64,000 nt of DNA from Desulfobacterales bacterium (GTDB taxonomy: Bacteria > Desulfobacterota > Desulfobacteria > Desulfobacterales > UBA5852): positions 672,001-736,000 of the forward strand of contig CAXXVS010000003.1 of the NCBI GenBank assembly GCA_963674755.2, given 5' to 3'. This document shows positions 36,742 through 46,617 of this stretch, piece by piece. The stretch's first letter is position 1. Every line of letters starts with the position of its first letter. The position numbers and the translations under genes were made by a program. The notes under the pieces were generated by a model. That model ran no database searches. It saw only the letters and a list, made by a program, of their open reading frames with translations, and had not been told where the DNA came from.

Positions 36742-37182
36742 ATGAAATTGCGGGCGTGCGGGTCGCTGCTGACCTTGCTGCTGCTCCTGTCGGGATGCGG
36801 ATTCAGCGACAGCCGGGAAGCGGCCGCCGAAGTGATGGAACAGTATTTTACGGCCATCAAGGGGCAGGATTATGCTGCCGCCATGGTTTTTTATGCGGAC
36901 GGCTTTTTCGCGGACGCCTCCCGGCAGGAATGGGAGGCCCAGCTGCGGCACTACAACCGCCGGCTCGGCGACCTTGAATCCTATGAGGCGGTCAGTTGGA
37001 ATGTCCAGAAACATGCGGGATCCAACGCGGGCACTTTCGTGCGGGTCATTTACAAGACCAGCTACTCCCGCCATCCGGCGGTGGAGCAGTTTATTCTGAA
37101 GAAGACGCAGGACGCGTACCGGATCGTTGCCCACCGGATTCAAGCCGAAGCGATGCCGCAAGGGGAGACCCAATTCATCTAG
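36742..37182 (+). CDS. Hypothetical lipoprotein (NTF2-like)
   Basis: Lipobox LSGC; GAGGAAGGA upstream. Confidence 0.75.
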   Translation: MKLRACGSLLTLLLLLSGCGFSDSREAAAEVMEQYFTAIKGQDYAAAMVFYADGFFADASRQEWEAQLRHYNRRLGDLESYEAVSWNVQKHAGSNAGTFVRVIYKTSYSRHPAVEQFILKKTQDAYRIVAHRIQAEAMPQGETQFI

Positions 37183-37379
37183 TGTCCCTCCAGAGACGGC
37201 ATCTTTCGATCCCGGCCGGCGTTCTCGCCTCCTGTCGGTCCTCGGCGTAGCCGGGCTACGCCTGTGGGCGCCAGTCGGCTGCGGTTTGTCGAACACCGAT
37301 GTGTTCAGCGACCAGATGTGAAATCCCGCGCTGTGCGGCGGGAGCCGGAACCAAAATCTACCATCGCTGGAGGGGCACT
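37181..37379 (+). repeat. ~200-bp palindromic element (family B, long form)
   Basis: AGTGTCCCTCCAG / CTGGAGGGGCACT arms; GGCGTAGC-CGG-GCTACGCC hairpin; inverted homologue at 46314-46510. Confidence 0.85.
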
Positions 37380-37446
37380 GTTTACGCATGCGTAAAAGGG
37401 CGCGCATATCGGTACGCAGTTACAGCAAGCCCAGGGAGCGGATGGC

Positions 37447-37734
37447 ATGACGACCATGGACTGGACGGCCATCATTGTGATGGGCGCCGCGGCGGTGGTG
37501 ACGGCGATTTCCTTTGCCCTGATCGCCAACACGCTTTTCGAACACGGCCTGGCCGACCGCAACCACCCTCCCGCAAACATCCTTACCCTTTACAAGCGAT
37601 ACCGGCACCACATGCGGTCCACGACGGGAGACGCGCCTATCTTTTTGTGGATCCACATGGCGGCGGCCGGCAGTTTCATCGGGGCGGGTGTGGTCTATAT
37701 GCGGGTGCGTTTGGTCTTCAATTGGACGTTTTAA
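37447..37734 (+). CDS. Small 2-TM hypothetical protein
   Basis: Two hydrophobic segments; GGAG upstream. Confidence 0.55.
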   Translation: MTTMDWTAIIVMGAAAVVTAISFALIANTLFEHGLADRNHPPANILTLYKRYRHHMRSTTGDAPIFLWIHMAAAGSFIGAGVVYMRVRLVFNWTF

Positions 37735-37777
37735 GGTGCGGGTCGGCGCTCCGGACAACCACCAAAAGGATAACATC

Positions 37778-38845
37778 ATGAAGCGGGTACTGATCGAACC
37801 AGCCGACTACGGGAGCGTGGGCCAGGTCGTGGACCGGGTCTTCGACTGCTTTCCCCTGCCAATAACGGGCAAGAAAGTGCTCATCAAACCCAATGTGCTG
37901 CGGGCCTCCGAAGCCCGCGAGGGAATCGTCACCCACCCGGCCGTTCTGGAAGCTGTCGTGCGAAAAGTGCAGTGCATGGATCCGGCCGAGATCGTCGTGG
38001 GGGACAATCCGGGCCTTTTCAGCTACGGCGACAATGAAGCGAGCTTCCGCAAGACGGGGCTGATGGCGGCGGCCCTGGGCTGTTACCGCAATATCGGCAA
38101 CGAAGGCGTCACGGTGGATTTCAACCCGGACTTCATGCCCCGTGTCAGCGTGTCCCGGGCGGTACTGGAAGCCGATGTCGTCATCAGCCTGCCCAAATTC
38201 AAGACCCACGGCCTGACGGTGCTGACCGGCGGGATCAAGAACAGCTACGGCATTCTGCCGGGCGCCCAAAAAGCCATGCTGCACCGGATCGCCGGGAGTC
38301 CGGAGCGGTTTCACGAGCTGGTGGTGGAGGTGTTCAAGCTGCGCGTCCCGGACCTTTTCATCCTGGACGCCGTGGTCGGCATGGAAGGCAACGGGCCTGC
38401 TTCCCCGGAGTTGCGGGACATCGGCCTGATCCTGGCGGCCGACAACGCCGTGGCCCTGGATGCGGTCATGGCGGTCATGATGGGAGTGGCGCCGGAACGG
38501 CTGGGGTTTTTACGCAAGGCCCGAGCGGATGGGCTCGGTGACTACGACCTGGCGACAATCGACATTATCGGCGCGCTGGAGCCGCTGCCGGACTTCAAAT
38601 TGCCTCCCCTGAGCGGATCCGCCATCCAGGACAACGCCGCCGCCCAAGGTTTCATCGCCGAGCGGACCCGGCTGCGGCCCAAGGCCGACCCGGCACTGTG
38701 CACGGGTTGCGGCACCTGCGTCGACCAATGCCCGGTCGGGGCCCTTTCCATGCCGGAGGACCTGCCCGTGGTGGATGCCGATACCTGCATCACCTGTTTC
38801 TGCTGCCAGGAAGTCTGCCCGGAGAAGGCCATCGCCCTGGCGTGA
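37778..38845 (+). CDS. DUF362 protein with C-terminal 2x[4Fe-4S]
   Basis: KPNVL..THP, PKFKTH..TGGIKN, GMEGNGP, two CxxCxxCxxxCP. Confidence 0.9.
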   Translation: MKRVLIEPADYGSVGQVVDRVFDCFPLPITGKKVLIKPNVLRASEAREGIVTHPAVLEAVVRKVQCMDPAEIVVGDNPGLFSYGDNEASFRKTGLMAAALGCYRNIGNEGVTVDFNPDFMPRVSVSRAVLEADVVISLPKFKTHGLTVLTGGIKNSYGILPGAQKAMLHRIAGSPERFHELVVEVFKLRVPDLFILDAVVGMEGNGPASPELRDIGLILAADNAVALDAVMAVMMGVAPERLGFLRKARADGLGDYDLATIDIIGALEPLPDFKLPPLSGSAIQDNAAAQGFIAERTRLRPKADPALCTGCGTCVDQCPVGALSMPEDLPVVDADTCITCFCCQEVCPEKAIALA

Positions 38846-39022
38846 GGGGTCTGAAGGATTTCGGGGCCATAAAGCACAAAGAATTCAATGGGTTAATGGG
38901 GTCATAGGTCTATGGAAAAAAACCGCTTAAATCCTGTCCAGATAAGTCATGCTGCCAGAGGCGTTGTCAAAACGGCATTCCGTATTAGGCTAGGATAAAA
39001 CGTTTACGAAAGGAAAGCCGCT

Positions 39023-39355
39023 ATGTCCGACACTTCATCCACGGCCAAAGGGGTGCCGTTTGATGCCGCCCGCCACGTGGCCTATATCGAGGGCGCGGTG
39101 GTCAGCAAGACCCTCATCAAGAAAGAGACCGGCAACGTTACCCTGTTCGCTTTCGAGGCGGGGCAGGGCTTGAGCGAACACACGGCGCCCTTCGACGCCC
39201 TGGTCCACATCCTGGACGGCGAAGCCCGGATTACCATCGGCGGGGAGGCCCAGACGGTGACCGCCGGCCAGATGATCATCATGCCGGCGGACGTGCCTCA
39301 CGCGCTGCAGGCGGAGAAGGCGTTCAAAATGCTGCTCGTCATGATCCGTGGCTGA
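39023..39355 (+). CDS. Cupin domain protein
   Basis: LSEHTAPFDA..ILDGE..MPADVPHAL. Confidence 0.92.
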   Translation: MSDTSSTAKGVPFDAARHVAYIEGAVVSKTLIKKETGNVTLFAFEAGQGLSEHTAPFDALVHILDGEARITIGGEAQTVTAGQMIIMPADVPHALQAEKAFKMLLVMIRG

Positions 39356-40192
39356 CGGAGGCGTAAAATGCCCGATCTCCGCGTTACGCGCCTCCCTCGT
39401 CACTGCGGCGTACCGGTGTACGCCTCGCTCCTCCGGAGGCGCAAGCCTTGATCTCGACCATTTTACGCCTCCGTCCGAGGTGATTGGCCTAGATTGGGAT
39501 TAGGGGGCACATCGGGTTCGGCGGCGGCGGCGTACGGGCGTACGCCTCACCGCAAACCTTCGTGCGGCCTTGGTCAGGTCCAAAAATCCTCATTTCTGAA
39601 TCGGATACATACGGTGCCTAAGTGGAGGGATGGAAAGGAAAGCATATCGGGGGCGTAAAATGCCCGATCTCCGCGTTACGCGCCTCCCTCGTCACTGCGG
39701 CGTACCGGTGTACGCCTCGCTCCTCCGGAGGCGCAAGCCTTGATCTCGACCATTTTACGCCTCCGTCCGAGGTGATTGGCCTAGATTGGGATTAGGGGGC
39801 ACATCGGGTTCGGCGGCGGCGGCGTACGGGCGTACGCCTCACCGCAAACCTTCGTGCGGCCTTGGTCAGGTCCAAAAATCCTCATTTCTGAATCGGATAC
39901 ATACGGTGCCTAAGTGGAGGGATGGAAAGGAAAGCATATCGGGGGCGTAAAATGCCCGATCTCCGCGTTACGCGCCTCCCTCGTCACTGCGGCGTACCGG
40001 TGTACGCCTCGCTCCTCCGGAGGCGCAAGCCTTGATCTCGACCATTTTACGCCTCCGTCCGAGGTGATTGGCCTAGATTGGGATTAGGGGGCACATTGGG
40101 TTCGGCGGCGGCGGCGTACGGGCGTACGCCTCACCGCAAACCTTCGTGCGGCCTTGGTCAGGTCCAAAAATCCTCATTTCTGAATCGGATAC
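39354..40192 (+). repeat. Tandem array, 292-bp unit x ~2.85 (family A module + family B module + spacer)
   Basis: GCGTAAAATG recurs at 39361, 39653, 39945; units nearly identical. Confidence 0.97.
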
Positions 40193-40359
40193 CGAAGGTG
40201 CCATACATTGCTCATCCGCCCGGGGGTGATTCCCGATCGATGATGATCAGGGGGATACCGTGGGGCGGTTCATCGGCTAGGCCAGCGGCAGGGCCTTGAC
40301 GCGCGGTCCCACAAACATACTAACCGGTCGTCCAAAGAACAACAGGGAGGGTTACCTTT

Positions 40360-40848
40360 ATGAAATGGCATTGCGGCCACTATCTGGCCATCAGCGCATC
40401 CTTGTTTTTGATCTGCTGCGCCGGCGGGTCCCGTTCCGAGGCCCAGCCCTCCGCTGTCCTGGATTCGGCCGGGCGGCTCCCGCCCTGCCCGTCCTCCCCC
40501 AATTGCGTTTCCACCCTGGCCCAAGATCCGGAGCATCAGATGGCGCCCCTGCCCTACCGGATCGATCGGGCAACATCGCGTCATCTGATCATGTCCATCG
40601 TCGGCGCCATGCCGCGAACCACCCTGGTGGTCGATGAGGACCACTACCTGCACTACGAGTTTCGTTCCCGGGTGTTCGGGTTCGTGGACGATGTGGCATT
40701 TGTGTTCGACGATGAAGCGGCGCTCATTCAGTTTCGTTCGGCCTCGCGCACCGGCTATTCGGATTTCGGGGTCAACCGCAGCCGCATGACCGCCATCAGC
40801 GAGGCTTATCAAAGTGCACCCCTCGCTTCAGCGGGCAACCCTTCCTGA
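40360..40848 (+). CDS. DUF1499 protein
   Basis: PCPSSPNCVST, FGFVDD, RSASRTGYSDFGVNR.R. Confidence 0.9.
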   Translation: MKWHCGHYLAISASLFLICCAGGSRSEAQPSAVLDSAGRLPPCPSSPNCVSTLAQDPEHQMAPLPYRIDRATSRHLIMSIVGAMPRTTLVVDEDHYLHYEFRSRVFGFVDDVAFVFDDEAALIQFRSASRTGYSDFGVNRSRMTAISEAYQSAPLASAGNPS

Positions 40849-40866
40849 AAAAGGGAAGCGGCGGCG

Positions 40867-41055
40867 ATGACCTATAATTTCGATCCCGAGCGGTGGTACG
40901 CCAACGAACAGGACGCCCTGGAACGGGCCCTTCGCGCGGGCCGGCTGGACCGGTCCGCCTACGAAGCGGCCTTGGACCGGCTTCAGCAGCGAGTCGATGA
41001 TCTCTGGGACCGGCTGGACGGCAGCTATCGGCTGCCCGGCGGCGGGAACGATTAG
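40867..41055 (+). CDS. Small hypothetical protein
   Basis: MTYNFDPERWY..RLDGSYRL; fits operon spacing. Confidence 0.7.
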   Translation: MTYNFDPERWYANEQDALERALRAGRLDRSAYEAALDRLQQRVDDLWDRLDGSYRLPGGGND

Positions 41056-41071
41056 CAGGGGGGCGCACGCC

Positions 41072-41761
41072 GTGACGAGAAAGAGGGGCGATTATCTTCC
41101 CCGAATCATAATGGGGCTAATGGCGGCGGTCGTATGTCTCGCGGGCCGTCAGGCGACGTGCGAGGATTTCAGCAGCCGCCTGGCCCGGGCCGCCCTCGAA
41201 CGCATCCGGCATCGGGTGGTGTACGACGGGTCCTACTATCGGATCGCCTATCCCGGCGGCGACGTGCCAGCCCATGTGGGGGTCTGCACCGACGTTGTGA
41301 TCCGCAGCTACCGCGCCCTGGGCGTCGACCTCCAGCAGGCGGTGCACGAAGACATGGTCCGGCATTTTGCCGCCTATCCTTCCCGGCGCATTTGGGGTCT
41401 TAGTCGCCCGGATTCCAACATCGACCATCGGCGGGTACCCAACCTGCAGGTATTCTTGGCCCGCAAGGGAACCGTGCTGCCCGTGGCAACCCGTCCGGAC
41501 GCCTACCAGGCCGGCGATCTGGTGACCTGGATGCTGCCGGGCGGCTTGCCCCATATCGGGATCGTGGCCGATCGTCGCACCGCCGACGGCGTGCGGCCCC
41601 TGATCGTCCACAATATCGGTGCCGGTCCCCGGCTGGAGGATATGCTCTTCCGCTACCCCATTACAGGCCATTACCGCTACCAGCCGGATGATCCTGCCCT
41701 GCCGGCGGCCTCCGTCCCCTTACGAACGATACCCGCAGCCCCCATGGGAGATCCATCATGA
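41072..41761 (+). CDS. DUF1287 (YijF-like) protein
   Basis: YPGGDVP..GVCTDVVIRSYR, NIDHRRVPNL, HIGIV, HNIG; start uncertain (41072 GTG or 41111 ATG). Confidence 0.9.
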   Translation: MTRKRGDYLPRIIMGLMAAVVCLAGRQATCEDFSSRLARAALERIRHRVVYDGSYYRIAYPGGDVPAHVGVCTDVVIRSYRALGVDLQQAVHEDMVRHFAAYPSRRIWGLSRPDSNIDHRRVPNLQVFLARKGTVLPVATRPDAYQAGDLVTWMLPGGLPHIGIVADRRTADGVRPLIVHNIGAGPRLEDMLFRYPITGHYRYQPDDPALPAASVPLRTIPAAPMGDPS

Positions 41762-42144
41762 GCGAAGCCCTATTCTGGCTTTACCTGACCAATGCCGTGC
41801 TGCTCATCGATCACGAGATCGATTCGGCCTACTGGCAGGAGTGGAACCTCTTTCATCTGCCGGGCGGCATTGCAGGCTTCCTTCTGCTGCATTTGCCGCT
41901 GCTGCTGGTCATCCTGTACGGTCTGGCGGCCGTCGCCCGGCAGCAGCCTTCGGCCGCCTGGTTTTCACTCCTCTTGAGCGCCGGCGGCGTGTTTGCCTTC
42001 GCCATCCATACCTATTTTCTCAAAAAGGGCCGGCAAGAATTCAACCAGCCGGTATCCAAGTTCATTCTATGGTCAACGCTGCTGGTTTCGCTCTGCCAGA
42101 TGGCACTGACTGTTCTTTATCTATCCCGCGGGGCGGCGGCGTGA
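41758..42144 (+). CDS. Small membrane protein (DUF6713-like)
   Basis: HEIDSAYWQEW motif, about 4 TMs; ATGA overlap. Confidence 0.7.
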   Translation: MSEALFWLYLTNAVLLIDHEIDSAYWQEWNLFHLPGGIAGFLLLHLPLLLVILYGLAAVARQQPSAAWFSLLLSAGGVFAFAIHTYFLKKGRQEFNQPVSKFILWSTLLVSLCQMALTVLYLSRGAAA

Positions 42145-42247
42145 CGCCCCATCCAGCAGTGCGAATTCTCCAGAGACAGCGTGTTTTGGATGCGGACCGG
42201 CCGGCGTTTGCGCATCGTGCGCCTGTGGGGGATTGAGAGAGGGGTCC

Positions 42248-43123
42248 ATGGTCCAGGATATTCGCGATAAGCCCGCCATCGGTCACGAGGATGTGGTGGG
42301 GCTCAATTTCATCCGGGCGGAGAGCCCCTATCTTTTTCGGCGCCATTTCCGGCAGGGGCTCCGGTCCCATATCATGGAGATCCTGCAGCGATCGGACGTG
42401 GCCGCCGAGAATGGGGGCATCGTGGTGGACGGGGTCCGCCGGTTTCCCCGGGCCCGGCCCGATTTCATGCTGCGCATCTTCCGGGCCCGGCTGCAAACCC
42501 TGGAACAGGCCCTGGCGGAGATCGGACGGGTCAAGGTGGTGGAGACCTTTCTGGGGCCGGACTGCATCGCCGAATCCTGTGAATTCCTGGTGGATTATCG
42601 GGGACCCGCGGGATGCGGCATCATGCTGTGTGGTTTCCAGGCCTACACCGAAGGCGAGATATTGGATCCGTGGGGTTTGCTGGACCACGGCCCGTTGTTT
42701 CCAACCCTGTACCAAAGCCTTCACAAGGCCGGCGAGCGTTCCGGGGCCCATCGGCGAGACTGGATCCGCACCGCGCAAGGCAAGGGGCGGCACTTTATTC
42801 AGGCGGTCAAGCGGATGATCGCCGAGGTTCGCCATGTCCCGGATCTGGCCGGTGCCGGCAACATCGTGATGACCAAAGCCGGTCAGGTCAAACTCGTGGA
42901 TATCAACAATATCTCTCCGGTGGTCTTTGGTGACGAAATTTTCCTGGACGACAAGGGCTACCCGGTGTGCGACAAGTCCATCGAAGCCCTTGCATTGCTG
43001 GAGCAGAAAGTCACCGGGCAAGCCACCGCCGGGGACGAGGAGCCTTACCGCTTTTTTCTCGCGCCCGAACGCCGGCGGCGGGTGAAGCACCAGGAGGAAT
43101 TGTTCTACCGCCCGGATTCCTGA
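42248..43123 (+). CDS. Hypothetical protein with protein-kinase-like motifs
   Basis: VPDLAGAGNIVMTKAGQVKLVDINN resembles catalytic loop DLxxxN plus metal-binding Asp. Confidence 0.6.
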   Translation: MVQDIRDKPAIGHEDVVGLNFIRAESPYLFRRHFRQGLRSHIMEILQRSDVAAENGGIVVDGVRRFPRARPDFMLRIFRARLQTLEQALAEIGRVKVVETFLGPDCIAESCEFLVDYRGPAGCGIMLCGFQAYTEGEILDPWGLLDHGPLFPTLYQSLHKAGERSGAHRRDWIRTAQGKGRHFIQAVKRMIAEVRHVPDLAGAGNIVMTKAGQVKLVDINNISPVVFGDEIFLDDKGYPVCDKSIEALALLEQKVTGQATAGDEEPYRFFLAPERRRRVKHQEELFYRPDS

Positions 43124-43333
43124 CGCGTTTGAACCCCCCCCGGTATCGTCGCCTCCGCTTTACGCCATGCCATCGCGGCCGCGTTTTGCGCCGGCCGCCC
43201 CCCGGCCGCCCGGCCGTTTGGCCTGACAGGATTTGACAGGAGGGCTGACGGAAAGTGTCAGTATTTCGACGGGGTTGGCTCTATCACAATCTTAACTTAT
43301 CGGAATAAAAACAAATTTCTTTTTGGCAACCTG

Positions 43334-43349
43334 TGGCATGGAAGTTGTA
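43334..43349 (+). promoter_or_regulatory. Possible sigma54 -24/-12 promoter
   Basis: TGGCATGGAAGTTGTA (GG-N10-GT; -12 C mismatched); dyad CTGAC-N7-GTCAG near 43245-43261 and AT-rich tract upstream. Confidence 0.3.
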
Positions 43350-43531
43350 TCAGTTTCCCCCGGGCATCTCCTTGGCATGCAATTCAATCTGTTTCACCCC
43401 TGACACAACAATCAAACGTGTGCACGATCCGATCGAAGAGGCCCGACCCCGGAACCATCCCCAGGGGTCATGACAGCTGCCGTTTTCCCGGAGGATCACG
43501 TGAATTTCCGGCCGCAAGAGGAAATGGAAAA

Positions 43532-44485
43532 ATGAAGCACCGCATTTGGCTCATCGTGTTGGCATTCACCTTCCTGGGCGCAGGCGCTAGCGGCGCCGAA
43601 ACCATCCAGCTGAAGGACCGCAACCGGATCTCGGCCCCGGTCATCAAGGAGTCCGCCGACCTTGTCTATGTGGATCTCGGTTTCGATATTCTTAAAATTC
43701 CCCGCACCGCCATCGCCAGCATCGACGCCCCCGGGGTGTCCGCCGCGCCGGCACCGCCGACCGCACCCACCGGGAGCAAAGGGCTCTATACCCTCGGCAA
43801 TCCGCAGGTATACTCCACCGTGGAGGGGGTTCAGGCCTTCGGTCCGGCTGTGGTGGTGGTCAAGTCGCCGGCCGGATTGGGGTCGGGCTTCATCGTGCAT
43901 GAGGACGGCTACCTCATCACCAATTTCCATGTGATCGAGGGGCAGAAGCATTTTACGGTAACCCAATTCGTTCAGGCGGGGGCCGAGCTCAAACGCGTCA
44001 TTCACAAAAAGATTCGCATCGTCGCCCTGGATGCCTTTCATGATCTGGCCGTGCTGCAGATCGAGGATGAGCACGAGACGCCCTTTCCGAAGGTGGTGCT
44101 CAGTCTCGATGAACCGGTCTACGGGGAGAGCATCTTCGTTATCGGCAACCCGGCCGGGCTGGAGCGCACCGTTACCGAAGGCATCCTGAGCCACACGGGA
44201 CGGCTTTTCGAAGGCAGCCTGTACCTGCAACTCGACGCCTCGGTCAATCCGGGCAATTCCGGCGGCCCGCTGTTCAACAGCCACGGCCAGGTCATCGGCG
44301 TGGTCAATATGGGCAGCCGGGTCATGCAGGGACTCAATTTCGCCATCCCGGTGCGGCATGTGACCTTTCTCCTCGATCATGTCGAAGCCTACGCCTACGA
44401 CACGAGCAATTCGGAATCCGGTTTCGTCTATGTGTCGGCGCCCCCCAACCCCCTCAAACACCAAGAAGAGGCCGCCCATGAATAA
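43532..44485 (+). CDS. Secreted trypsin-like (S1C) serine protease without PDZ
   Basis: Signal peptide; GSGFI, TNFHV, DLAVL, NPGNSGGPL. Confidence 0.92.
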   Translation: MKHRIWLIVLAFTFLGAGASGAETIQLKDRNRISAPVIKESADLVYVDLGFDILKIPRTAIASIDAPGVSAAPAPPTAPTGSKGLYTLGNPQVYSTVEGVQAFGPAVVVVKSPAGLGSGFIVHEDGYLITNFHVIEGQKHFTVTQFVQAGAELKRVIHKKIRIVALDAFHDLAVLQIEDEHETPFPKVVLSLDEPVYGESIFVIGNPAGLERTVTEGILSHTGRLFEGSLYLQLDASVNPGNSGGPLFNSHGQVIGVVNMGSRVMQGLNFAIPVRHVTFLLDHVEAYAYDTSNSESGFVYVSAPPNPLKHQEEAAHE

Positions 44486-46280
44486 GCTGCGACCATTTGC
44501 TGTTTCCGTTCTCACCCGACTCCTGGCAGTACTGGCGATCATATTTCTGGCGGCCTGCAGCGGGGGACCCGAGCAGGACAACCGGCCGCGCATGGCGCGT
44601 CTCGACCTTGTAACCGATGCGGATATGGTCGTGCACTGCACCGGCACCGCAGCCCTGTTGAGCGCCATTGAAACGTCTCCCCTGGGCCGTTTCTGGAGCA
44701 GTCCGGAGATGGAGGCCTTTCGCGACGGTCGGGACCTGAAGGAAGAATTGCGGCGGGCCCTGGTTGATCAGTCAGACGGGGACAATGCCGCCAAAATCCA
44801 GGAGATCTATCTGGAAGAGATAAAAATGCTGCGCGGTGAGGTCGTTCTGGGATTGGACTTCGCCGATTACGACGGGCAACCGGCCGTCACCCTCGTTGCC
44901 GCCATGAGCGAAGCGGATCACAAGCGCAGCCTCGAAATGGACACCCTTCTTTTTAAGCTGGAAGATGTGGAAACCATCAAGGCCAGCGAAGACTTCCGGG
45001 GCACGACCCTTTACACCTATATCCGCAAAGAAGACCAGGGCGATCGCTTTCTCTACCAGGCTTTTTATGAGGGCACGCTTTTGGCGTCGGAAGACCGGGG
45101 CTGGCTGGAACACGCCCTGCTGCAGTTGAAGGAAACCCCGGCCCGGGAGCCGGAGGGCTCCCCCGAGCTGACCCTGACGGCCAAGGCCGGCCTCATGGAC
45201 CGGCTGCAGTCCCTGCTGGCGGAGCGGGCGGCCGAAGAGGAATCCCCGGTGGATCCGCTGACGGTCGTCAAGAGCCTGGGGCTCGATGCGATCGGGGATG
45301 TCCGCCTGACCCTCGCCCTGCAGAAAGACCAGGCCGATATGGGGTTTCAGGTGGCACGGCGCGGCGAGTGGAACCGCGGGCTGATGGTCCTGATTCCCCC
45401 TGAGCCGGCCCCGCTGGATTTCCGCTTGGCCTACGTCCCCCGGAATGCGGCCAGCTATCAGGTGGCCCGCCTGGACCTGAATGCCTTCTGGACGCAGGTG
45501 CCGGAAATCCTGCGGCAGATCTCACCGGAATTTCAACTGCAGTTCAATATGGGCGTGAACGCGGCCGGCGGCCTGATGGACATCAATGTCAACGAAGATC
45601 TTTTCAACAATCTGGACCGGCTGATCTTCACCTATACCTGCCTCGAAGACGACCGGCAGCAATTTCTATACGGCCTGAAGGTCAAAGACAGCGATGCCAT
45701 GACGCGCACCCTGAATAAACTTTTTGCCGAGCACTCCCCCATCGTGGCGCAGCTGGGGGATTTCTACCGTCCGACCGATATCCAGGGGCATATCATTCAC
45801 ATGATCCAGTTCCCCCTGCCCGCCGTCGAGGGGGGGGTGCCGGTTTACAGCGACGTCGGTTTGACGGTCGTCGATCGGGCCCTGATCATCGGCCAGGGCG
45901 ATTTGCTGGTGGAGTATGTCCAGGCGGCCGTGAACAACCAGGGCCGGCCCGAATTTTACGAGCAGCCGGCCTTCAAGGCCATGCTGGCCCGAATTCCAGG
46001 TGATGCCTGCAGTTACGGCATGAGCGATCTGTCCGCCTACATGCGGTTTTACGTGAACCAGATGCGCACGGCCATGGTCCAGGCCGCCACCCCGGCCAGC
46101 AGTGATGGTGATGATGACCGGAAGTCCAATCCCTGGGGGGCCCTTTTTAAGGATTTCGACGTCGACAAGCTGCCGTCGGCCGAGGTCATGGCCCGCTATT
46201 TCGGGGTCAGCGATGGCTACAGCGTCATGGACACGGCCGGTTTCCGGTCCGTGATGACGATGCGCTATCCGAATCAATAG
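44478..46280 (+). CDS. Large hypothetical lipoprotein (DUF3352-like)
   Basis: Lipobox LAAC; 8-nt overlap with protease gene. Confidence 0.75.
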   Translation: MNKLRPFAVSVLTRLLAVLAIIFLAACSGGPEQDNRPRMARLDLVTDADMVVHCTGTAALLSAIETSPLGRFWSSPEMEAFRDGRDLKEELRRALVDQSDGDNAAKIQEIYLEEIKMLRGEVVLGLDFADYDGQPAVTLVAAMSEADHKRSLEMDTLLFKLEDVETIKASEDFRGTTLYTYIRKEDQGDRFLYQAFYEGTLLASEDRGWLEHALLQLKETPAREPEGSPELTLTAKAGLMDRLQSLLAERAAEEESPVDPLTVVKSLGLDAIGDVRLTLALQKDQADMGFQVARRGEWNRGLMVLIPPEPAPLDFRLAYVPRNAASYQVARLDLNAFWTQVPEILRQISPEFQLQFNMGVNAAGGLMDINVNEDLFNNLDRLIFTYTCLEDDRQQFLYGLKVKDSDAMTRTLNKLFAEHSPIVAQLGDFYRPTDIQGHIIHMIQFPLPAVEGGVPVYSDVGLTVVDRALIIGQGDLLVEYVQAAVNNQGRPEFYEQPAFKAMLARIPGDACSYGMSDLSAYMRFYVNQMRTAMVQAATPASSDGDDDRKSNPWGALFKDFDVDKLPSAEVMARYFGVSDGYSVMDTAGFRSVMTMRYPNQ

Positions 46281-46313
46281 CGGCCTTTGGAAGAGGCGGC
46301 AGCTGTTTAAGGA

Positions 46314-46510
46314 GTGCCTATCTATAAATGGTAGATTTTGGTTCCTGGTCCCGCCGCACAGCGCGGGATTTCGCATCTGATCCGTATATACATCGGTGTT
46401 CAACAAACCGCCGCCGACGGGCGCCCACAGGCATAGCCCGGCCACGCCGAGGACCGACAGGAGGTGAGAACACCGCCAGAGGCCAAAAGATGCTATTTAT
46501 GGATGGGCAC
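46314..46510 (-). repeat. Family B long element, inverted copy
   Basis: Reverse complement aligns end to end with 37182-37378; arms GTGCCTATCTATAAAT / ATTTATGGATGGGCAC. Confidence 0.85.
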
Positions 46511-46617
46511 GGAGTTCCTTGCGGGGTGAAAATACACCGAAGTGCCCCCGGGGCCAAAGCGGGTGGGGCGTGACCGTCGATGGACGGCCAATTTTACAGA
46601 CACAGGGAAAGCAATTC

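Noticed and set aside
39354..40192. CRISPR array or IS element
   Set aside because: Near-identical 292-bp units, no unique spacers, no transposase ORF
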